From: Thermodesulfovibrionales bacterium
GTDB taxonomy: Bacteria; Nitrospirota; Thermodesulfovibrionia; Thermodesulfovibrionales; UBA9159
DNA: 34,100 nt
Direction: 5' to 3'
Assembly (NCBI GenBank): GCA_046290845.1
Contig: JBKBUA010000009.1
Span: 1 to 34,100 of the forward strand
Shown here in pieces: positions 28,602-34,100 of this stretch. The notes under the pieces were generated by a model. That model did no database searches. It saw nothing but the letters and a program-made list of their open reading frames with translations, and was not told the origin of the DNA. Every line of letters begins with the position of its first letter. The stretch's first letter is position 1. The position numbers and the translations under genes were made by a program.

Positions 28602-29495
28602 ATGGAGAATCAGAGGATTGCTATTATAGAAAGCGCATTGAATCTGGCAAGCGAGACTAAAAGTCATAAAGTCCTTATCTTTCTCAATACAACCAAGGAC
28701 TGCCTGTGGTTTTTAAAATCAGAGCTTGCAACGAAAAAAGATGTTGTGCTTGTAATCCCAAAGACACTTAATATCCCAGAATCTGAATTCAAGGCCGCTG
28801 AAGTGGAGATAATAAGGAGTTGGGCAGGAAACCAGAGCAGATTCTCCCGCATTAAATATGCCTTTCTTCACGGAGTTCTGCAGAATGTAATCCGTACAGA
28901 CAGCAAGATTATCTGCGTCCTCGGACCATGGGGTAAGAGCCATCTCGATACAGTTACAGTACATGATCTTGCCCTTTCATGGAGCGAAGACTTTCCGTTC
29001 GATCCACAGCTTCTTGTCACACATAAGGCATTTAATATCATCATGGCTGTTATTGATATTGCACTGGATATCGGTGCACTCGGAAGAGAAGGCAAAGCTG
29101 TCGGCACAACATTCGTGATAGGTGATGCCGAAAATGTCCTCAAACTCTCTCATCAGGCTGTGTTTAATCCCTTTAAAGGATACCCCAAAAGCGAAAGGTT
29201 GATTACCCGTCCCGAGGTGGTGGAGAGCATAAAGGAACTCGCTAAACTGGATGGTGCCTTTGTTATTTCAGATGCGGGGGTTGTCGAGGCAGCTGGAAGA
29301 CACCTTGATGCCAGAAGTATTGTTACAAGGCAACTCAGAGGGCTGGGATCAAGGCACAGGGCTGCGGCAGGGATCACACGTATGACAAAAGCTGTTTCTG
29401 TTGTAGTCTCAGAAAGTACAGGAAGGGTTACCATCTTTGTAAAAGGGCGTATTATATCGACACTCGAACCTGTCATAAGCAGAAGATTGGTTTAG
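28602..29495 (+). CDS. Diadenylate cyclase (DAC/DisA_N domain) with N-terminal pyruvate-kinase-C-like domain (CdaZ/DacZ-like architecture)
   Basis: C-terminal DAC motifs LDGAFVISD, GLGSRHRAAAGIT and VVVSESTGRVTIF. The ~140-aa N-terminal alpha/beta domain contains HKVLIFLNTTKDC...VVLVIP...IICVLGPWG. Same strand as nifX, 55 nt downstream. Confidence 0.8.
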   Translation: MENQRIAIIESALNLASETKSHKVLIFLNTTKDCLWFLKSELATKKDVVLVIPKTLNIPESEFKAAEVEIIRSWAGNQSRFSRIKYAFLHGVLQNVIRTDSKIICVLGPWGKSHLDTVTVHDLALSWSEDFPFDPQLLVTHKAFNIIMAVIDIALDIGALGREGKAVGTTFVIGDAENVLKLSHQAVFNPFKGYPKSERLITRPEVVESIKELAKLDGAFVISDAGVVEAAGRHLDARSIVTRQLRGLGSRHRAAAGITRMTKAVSVVVSESTGRVTIFVKGRIISTLEPVISRRLV

Positions 29496-29496
29496 T

Positions 29497-29531
29497 AGGG
29501 GCAGGTTCCAAACCTGCCCTGTCTTTTGTAG
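29497..29531 (+). terminator. Intrinsic terminator closing the nif-dac transcription unit
   Basis: 9-bp stem GGGCAGGTT(29499-29507)/AACCTGCCC(29511-29519) with a 3-nt loop, followed by TGTCTTTTGTAG. It begins 2 nt after the stop at 29495. Confidence 0.7.
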
Positions 29532-29617
29532 ATTGATATATCATGCCAGAATCAACAAGGGCGGGTTTAGAACCCTTACAATATTCGTTAGAGCCATTCA
29601 AAGACGAGGACACAAAA

Positions 29618-29833
29618 TCACGAATTTAGTATGTCTTCTGCTGTAAAAAAAGATACTTTGCCTTTGCGCTCCTTTGTCTCAAATTTCTTAATCTCCTCCA
29701 GATCCATGATATTTTCATACAACTCGAGCAACGATTTTTTAATTAATGACGATTTATCCTCATGAAAATAATCTGCCAGTTTTTTCAAAATCTTTTCTTC
29801 ATCCTTATTTAATCTAACGGATATTATCCCCAT
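29618..29833 (-). CDS. Ribbon-helix-helix (RelB/ParD/CopG-like) antitoxin
   Basis: 71 aa. The N-terminal beta-strand plus helices pattern GIISVRLNKDEEKILKKLADYF...SSLIKKSLLELY is present. Its ATG overlaps the 3' end of the upstream RelE/ParE-like reading frame. Confidence 0.7.
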   Translation of the reverse strand: MGIISVRLNKDEEKILKKLADYFHEDKSSLIKKSLLELYENIMDLEEIKKFETKERKGKVSFFTAEDILNS

Positions 29834-30093
29834 TTATCATACACCTCCTCTCTCTTGGCAATTGATATAACATAATAGTTATTGTCTTCTATATAGAATA
29901 TAGCTCTATATTTTCCTTTTCTGACGCGATAGTATGTCCTCTTTTCAGATGCCTTTAATTTTTAAATATCAAAAAGGCTGAGATCATGGGTTGTATCTAA
30001 AGCAATAAAAACATTATTAAACCTTTTAAAAATATCTTTTGGCAAAGTACCTTTAGTAACTGATTTTTTAACGGTCTCTTCATAAACAACCAT
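29824..30093 (-). pseudogene. RelE/ParE-family toxin gene interrupted by an in-frame TAA (codon 44)
   Basis: My hand translation of the minus strand gives MVVYEETVKKSVTKGTLPKDIFKRFNNVFIALDTTHDLSLFDI*KLKASEKRTYYRVRKGKYRAIFYIEDNNYYVISIAKREEVYDKWG*. The C-terminal YRVRKGKYRAIFYI...V.I..I.KREEVY is the RelE/ParE signature. The internal stop is at 29962-29964. It is absent from the ORF track because both pieces are under 60 aa. Confidence 0.7.
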
Positions 30094-30163
30094 ATATATG
30101 TTTACAATGTATTACAACATTTTGTCAAGATACTGTAAAGTTGCAACGGCTTAACTACAAAAA

Positions 30164-30187
30164 TGTTATAAACCATACACAAATGTA
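30164..30187 (+). promoter_or_regulatory. Candidate upstream activator sequence (TGT-N10-ACA) of the hesA-modE-modABC promoter
   Basis: TGTTATAAACCATACACAAATGTA lies 78 nt upstream of the -24 element and is 19/24 identical to the nifH upstream element. Confidence 0.45.
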
Positions 30188-30241
30188 AAGGGGATACAAC
30201 GGGTGATTAGAAATTCCTTATGTATTTCATGTGGTTATAAC

Positions 30242-30257
30242 TGGCATATCTGTTGCT
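30242..30257 (+). promoter_or_regulatory. sigma54 (-24/-12) promoter of the hesA-modE-modABC operon
   Basis: TGGCATATCTGTTGCT has the same spacing as the nifH promoter and identical flanks (cTGGCAT..CTGTTGCTTAT). The GC is ~44 nt before GTG 30300. Confidence 0.75.
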
Positions 30258-30299
30258 TATTCTCTCTGATGAATATTAGAAGGGGACAGAGAGGGACCT

Positions 30300-31154
30300 G
30301 TGAGATGGTTAACTGATATAGAACTTGAGCGTTACCGCAGGCAGCTGATGCTCGAAGGCTTTACAATTGAGCATCAGCAGAGACTGAAGGATTCCACTGC
30401 GCTTATCGCGGGGATAGGCGGGCTTGGAGGGACTGCTGCCATTTATCTTGCGGTTGCGGGAATAGGGAAAATGATTTTTGCACATTATGGAAATCTTACG
30501 CTCTCAAACATGAACAGACAGATATTGATGAGGCATGACTGGATAGGCAAAAGCAGGGTTATACAGGCGATGAAGACCATTGAAGATATAAATCCCGATG
30601 TTGAGGTTGAGATATATAATGAAAGGACATCAGAGGATAATATTGATAAATTACTCGATGGAGTTGGGATAGCTATTTCTGCGCGTCCTAATTTCAATGA
30701 AAGGCGGGTATTAAACAACGCCTGTGTAAAAAAGGGCATTCCAATGGTTGAGGCAGCTATGAATGGTATGGAAGGTTATATTTTCAATGTAGTTCCCGGC
30801 ATAACACCATGCCTTAACTGTCTCTATCCGGATGATAACCCCGAATGGCAGGAGCTTGGATTCCCGGTTCTTGGCGCTGTCTCCGGAATGCTCGGATGCC
30901 TGATGGCCATCGAGGCAATCAAGCTGCTCACAGGTTTTGGCAAACCGATGCTTTCAAAGATGCTTGTGTTTAATACTATTGACATGGAGTTCAGGAAGCT
31001 CAATATCTACAGAGACATAGACTGCGAAGTGTGCAGTGATACTATGAAAAATAAAAAATCCTTGACAACCGTTATTCCTAATGATATATTACGACATGAA
31101 AAAGAAATGTCCTGCAGAAAAGCACAAACCAAAACATGCCCATCGTCCGTGTGA
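30300..31154 (+). CDS. ThiF/HesA/MoeB-family adenylyltransferase
   Basis: Shows YRRQL..EGF..EHQQRL, the Rossmann motif AGIGGLGG, and two CxxC pairs (CLNC, CEVC). GTG start. A ~38-aa tail after CEVC overlaps the next ORF. Confidence 0.85.
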   Translation: MRWLTDIELERYRRQLMLEGFTIEHQQRLKDSTALIAGIGGLGGTAAIYLAVAGIGKMIFAHYGNLTLSNMNRQILMRHDWIGKSRVIQAMKTIEDINPDVEVEIYNERTSEDNIDKLLDGVGIAISARPNFNERRVLNNACVKKGIPMVEAAMNGMEGYIFNVVPGITPCLNCLYPDDNPEWQELGFPVLGAVSGMLGCLMAIEAIKLLTGFGKPMLSKMLVFNTIDMEFRKLNIYRDIDCEVCSDTMKNKKSLTTVIPNDILRHEKEMSCRKAQTKTCPSSV

Positions 31155-31509
31155 AGTATCGGGCAATAAGCGTGAAACTTATGAATTGAGGGGGAGAATA
31201 TGGGTTGAAGGAAAGGAGGGAACATTTCTTGGATACGGAAGGGTAGTGCTTCTTGAACGGATTAAACAGTACGGCTCAATTACAATGGCTGCTAAGTCGA
31301 TGGAAATGTCATACCGCGCTGCATGGGAACTTGTGGAGTCAATGAACAAACAGGCAAAAAAGCCGCTTGTTGTAACAGCTACAGGCGGTAAAGGGGGAGG
31401 CGGCGCTCAGCTTACAGAGGCAGGGGAAAGGGCGATTGAGGCATTCTGGAGGCTTTATAAGAAGTTTGGAGAGTTCTTGAAAGATGAGGTGAAGGAATTT
31501 AAAATTTAA
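31096..31509 (+). CDS. ModE N-terminal-domain-type winged-helix regulator lacking Mop/TOBE domains, with Cys/His-rich N-terminal extension
   Basis: GRVVLLERIKQYGSITMAAKSMEMSYRAAWELVESMN...VVTATGGKGGGGAQLTEAG matches the ModE DNA-binding domain, including its ATGGKGGGGA motif. The start is uncertain: ATG 31081 or 31096 both overlap the upstream gene, and TTG 31186 is also possible. Confidence 0.75.
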   Translation: MKKKCPAEKHKPKHAHRPCEVSGNKRETYELRGRIWVEGKEGTFLGYGRVVLLERIKQYGSITMAAKSMEMSYRAAWELVESMNKQAKKPLVVTATGGKGGGGAQLTEAGERAIEAFWRLYKKFGEFLKDEVKEFKI

Positions 31510-31567
31510 TTTTTTTTGGATAGCGTTATAGTTCATTAAATATAACGAAATTAGAGGAGGCTGTAAG

Positions 31568-32446
31568 ATGGAGTTAAGAGTTAAGGGTCAAGAGTCGAGA
31601 GTCAGTCTATTAATTTTATTGTTAGTTTTTGTATGCATGACAGGGGTAAGCATGGTTTGGGCGGAAGAAAGGCTTATGGTCTTTGCTGGGGCTGCCAGCA
31701 AACCGCCAACAGAGGAAGCGGCAAAGGAATTTGAGAAGAAAACAGGCGTAAAGGTGGATTTGGTCTTTGGAGGTTCAGGCTATGTCATGTCTCAGATGAT
31801 TTTAGGCAAGAAAGGCGATATCTATTTCCCGGGTTCCTCGGATTATATGGAACTGGCAAAGAAGAAGGGTGTGGTATTCCCTGAGACAGAAAGATATGTG
31901 GTATATCTTGTCCCTGCCATTAATGTTCAGAAGGGGAATCCCAAGAATATAAAGTCATTGAAAGACCTTACGAGACCAGGACTTAAGGTTGCAATTGCCA
32001 ATCCTGAAGGTGTATGTGTCGGAGCCTATGCGGTTGAGATAATAGAGAAGAATTTTAGCCCTGAAGAAAAGGCTCAATTTAAAAAGAATCTGATAAACTA
32101 TACCGAGAGTTGCGAAAAGACGGCAACAGCGATTTCTTTAAAGGCAGCAGATGCGGTCATCGGCTGGCGGGTATTTCATTACTGGGACCCCGAAAGGATA
32201 GAGACGATACCGCTTAAAAAGTCGGAGATAATCCGTATTGGTTATATACCAATTGCAATATCAAGATATACGAAAAACAGGGAACTTGCCTGGAAGTTCA
32301 TAGATTTTATTCTTTCTGAAGAGGGGAAGGCCATATACAGGAAATACAATTACTTTATGACTTCTGACGAGGCAATTGCATGGATTGGCGTGAAAAAGCC
32401 TGTAGGCGGAGAATATGTCGTGCCGAAGGAATGGCTTAAAAAATGA
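31568..32446 (+). CDS. modA: Molybdate/tungstate ABC transporter periplasmic binding protein (ModA/WtpA-like)
   Basis: Signal peptide, then VFAGAASKPP..E.A..FEKKTGVKV.LVFGGSG...QI..G..GDI.F.GS, typical of ModA-like type II binding proteins. SD GAGGAGG. Confidence 0.8.
   Translation: MELRVKGQESRVSLLILLLVFVCMTGVSMVWAEERLMVFAGAASKPPTEEAAKEFEKKTGVKVDLVFGGSGYVMSQMILGKKGDIYFPGSSDYMELAKKKGVVFPETERYVVYLVPAINVQKGNPKNIKSLKDLTRPGLKVAIANPEGVCVGAYAVEIIEKNFSPEEKAQFKKNLINYTESCEKTATAISLKAADAVIGWRVFHYWDPERIETIPLKKSEIIRIGYIPIAISRYTKNRELAWKFIDFILSEEGKAIYRKYNYFMTSDEAIAWIGVKKPVGGEYVVPKEWLKK
31571..31605. repeat. Heptanucleotide tandem repeat at codons 2-13 of modA (GAGTTAA GAGTTAA GGGTCAA GAGTCGA GAGTCAG)
   Basis: Five 7-nt units directly after the ATG. 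They encode ELRVKGQESRVS, the charged n-region of the signal peptide. Confidence 0.75.
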
Positions 32447-33219
32447 CATTTAAAAGGCTTTCAATATTCTTTGCGGCATCGGTTTTTGCCCTTTATGCAG
32501 GGCTGGTGCTTTCACTGTTTTATTTCTGGAAGGGGTCTCTCTTTGTGGAGACCCTTTTTTCTGAAAGAACGCTTTTTTCAATCAAGTTGAGTCTTATCGC
32601 TGCAACTATCGCTACTATTCTTTCTCTTATTATTGCTTTGCCTTCCGCCTATGCCCTTTCACGGTTTGATTTTAAGGGCAGGCATATCATAGACACCATT
32701 TTAGAGCTTCCAATGATAGTGTCCCCCGCGGCGCTCGGTGCGATGCTTCTCATATTCTTCAATAATCCTCTCGGCACATGGATTCAGGATAATTACGCAC
32801 AATTCGTATTTACCGCATACGGCATAATCCTTGCACAATTCATAACTACCGCCGGTGTGGCAACAAGACTTATTAAGGCAGCCATGGATGAGATTCCGCA
32901 GAGATACGAAGATGTGGCTCGCTCTCTCGGGGCTTCTCCTTTTAAGGCCTTTTTGACGGTAACCCTTCCCCTCTGTAAAAATGGCATTATCGCTGCCTCT
33001 GTTCTTACATGGGCAAAGGCAATAGGAGAGTTCGGCGCTACAATCACAATAGCAGGTTCAATGGCGATGAAGACAGAGACACTACCTATTGCTATATTCA
33101 TGAGGCTTTCCACCGCAGATATTGAAGGGACGGTTGTCCTTATCCTTATTCTGGTTGCGATAGGTCTTACGACCCTTTATGGAGTGAGGCTGTTAACAAA
33201 AAAGGGAGCAGTTTCATGA
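32443..33219 (+). CDS. modB: Molybdate ABC transporter permease
   Basis: Polytopic membrane protein with the ABC permease EAA-loop (EDVARSLGASPFKAFLTVTLPL). The ATGA start overlaps the modA stop. Confidence 0.85.
   Translation: MTFKRLSIFFAASVFALYAGLVLSLFYFWKGSLFVETLFSERTLFSIKLSLIAATIATILSLIIALPSAYALSRFDFKGRHIIDTILELPMIVSPAALGAMLLIFFNNPLGTWIQDNYAQFVFTAYGIILAQFITTAGVATRLIKAAMDEIPQRYEDVARSLGASPFKAFLTVTLPLCKNGIIAASVLTWAKAIGEFGATITIAGSMAMKTETLPIAIFMRLSTADIEGTVVLILILVAIGLTTLYGVRLLTKKGAVS
32533..32560 (+). other. Terminator-shaped hairpin plus T6 inside the 5' part of modB
   Basis: GGGTCTC(32533-32539)/GAGACCC(32548-32554) with an 8-nt loop, followed by TTTTTT (32555-32560). It lies ~90 nt into the modB reading frame. 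Confidence 0.4.
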
Positions 33220-34100
33220 TAGAGATAAACGGCCTTTCTGTTCAAACAAAAGGATTCTCCATAAAAGATGTATCTTTAGAGGTGCAGCCAGGCTCATGCC
33301 ATTGTCTGATCGGCCCTACGGGGTGTGGCAAAACTACTCTTCTTGAGGCGGTGCTTGGTTTAAGAAAGATCAAAAAAGGAACTATCATACTTGACGGCAG
33401 AGATATCACAAATCTGCCTGTGCATGAGAGGGGATTTTCTTATGTGCCACAGGATCTGGCAATATTTCCTCATCTATCGGTTGAGGAAAACATCCTTTAT
33501 GGCATAAGGCATGGAAGATTATCAAACAAAAACGAAGGATATAAATTAACCTATGAATTGGCAGAGTCTCTCGGCATTACTCATCTTCTTAAAAGAAGGA
33601 TAACAGGTCTCAGTGGTGGTGAAAGGCAGAGGGTTGCCCTTGCCAGGGCACTTGCACCAGGACATAAATACCTGCTCCTCGATGAACCTTTCTCAGCCCT
33701 TCATGAAGGGATGAAGAGGGAGTTATGGTTTCTCATTAAGGAATTGCAAAAAAGATACGGGTTTACAATACTTATGGTCAGTCATGATACAGAAGAGACC
33801 TTCTTTCTTTCTGATCATGTGAGTGTTATGATTGATGGTTCCATCAGACAGGCAGGTCCAAAGGACATGGTTTACAGCAATCCCGCAACCCTTGATGTAG
33901 CAAGGTTCTTTGGCATCAGGAATATCCTCGAGGCAGAGATAAGAGGCATTCAGGATGAAAAATACAGGCTTTATTGTGATGACATCAGGACAGAGGTCCT
34001 TTTGCCAGTTGAAAGGACGAATAAAAAACATCAAATAGGTGAAAGGGTGCTCTTTGGCATAAGGCCAGAGGATGTGATTATCTTAAGGCCTGATCTGCCA
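33216..34100 (+). CDS. modC: Molybdate ABC transporter ATP-binding protein (3'-truncated by the window end)
   Basis: My hand translation from ATG 33216 (ATGA overlap with modB) shows Walker A GPTGCGKTT, the signature LSGGERQRVALARAL, Walker B LLLDEPFSAL, and the H-loop VSHD. The frame stays open to position 34100. Confidence 0.85.
   Translation, partial: MIEINGLSVQTKGFSIKDVSLEVQPGSCHCLIGPTGCGKTTLLEAVLGLRKIKKGTIILDGRDITNLPVHERGFSYVPQDLAIFPHLSVEENILYGIRHGRLSNKNEGYKLTYELAESLGITHLLKRRITGLSGGERQRVALARALAPGHKYLLLDEPFSALHEGMKRELWFLIKELQKRYGFTILMVSHDTEETFFLSDHVSVMIDGSIRQAGPKDMVYSNPATLDVARFFGIRNILEAEIRGIQDEKYRLYCDDIRTEVLLPVERTNKKHQIGERVLFGIRPEDVIILRPDLP

Noticed and set aside
30258-30299. Molybdenum-cofactor riboswitch or other leader RNA upstream of hesA/modE/modA.
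   Set aside because: The predicted 5' UTR is only ~30 nt. The modE-modA spacer (31510-31567) holds only a weak 7-bp AT-rich hairpin. Neither has room or conserved features for a Moco riboswitch.

Overview
This window looks like chromosomal DNA from a low-GC anaerobic Gram-negative-type bacterium. I cannot assign taxonomy from sequence alone.

Gene content, left to right:
- 1-3500: a small sigma54 module (CBS-ACT protein, GAF-type enhancer-binding protein, CBS protein). It is bracketed by a 71-bp hairpin-containing direct repeat.
- 3500-10100: housekeeping genes, namely the ADP-forming acetyl-CoA synthetase alpha-like gene, leuS-lptE-holA, rpsT and fdhD.
- 10200-17400: a type IV pilus block on the minus strand (pilB-pilT-pilC-pilS-pilR).
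- 17400-20000: apgM, then a ZraP/Spy-like and a Cys-rich PepSY-like secreted protein pair, separated by a MITE-like inverted-repeat element.
- 20200-29500: a compact anaerobe-type Mo-nitrogenase operon, nifH-nifI1-nifI2-nifD-nifK-nifB-nifEN(fused)-nifX. It ends with a diadenylate cyclase gene.
- 29600-30100: a decayed RelE/ParE-type toxin plus an RHH antitoxin.
- 30240-34100: a second sigma54-driven operon, with a HesA/MoeB-like gene, a ModE N-domain-only regulator and modABC. modC runs off the window end.

Most notable observations:
- A CdaZ/DacZ-like c-di-AMP synthase appears to be the terminal gene of a nif operon that also encodes two PII-like NifI proteins.
- Two homologous ~50-nt GC-rich palindromic elements sit in frame inside nifEN. 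One forms the NifE-NifN fusion linker.
- Near-identical -24/-12 promoters and a shared TGT-N10-ACA upstream element precede both nifH and the hesA-modE-modABC operon.
- Dispersed heptanucleotide tandem repeats occur in intergenic DNA and inside coding sequence.

I saw no rRNA, tRNA or CRISPR array. All calls come from reading the sequence and ORF translations by eye. No searches were run.
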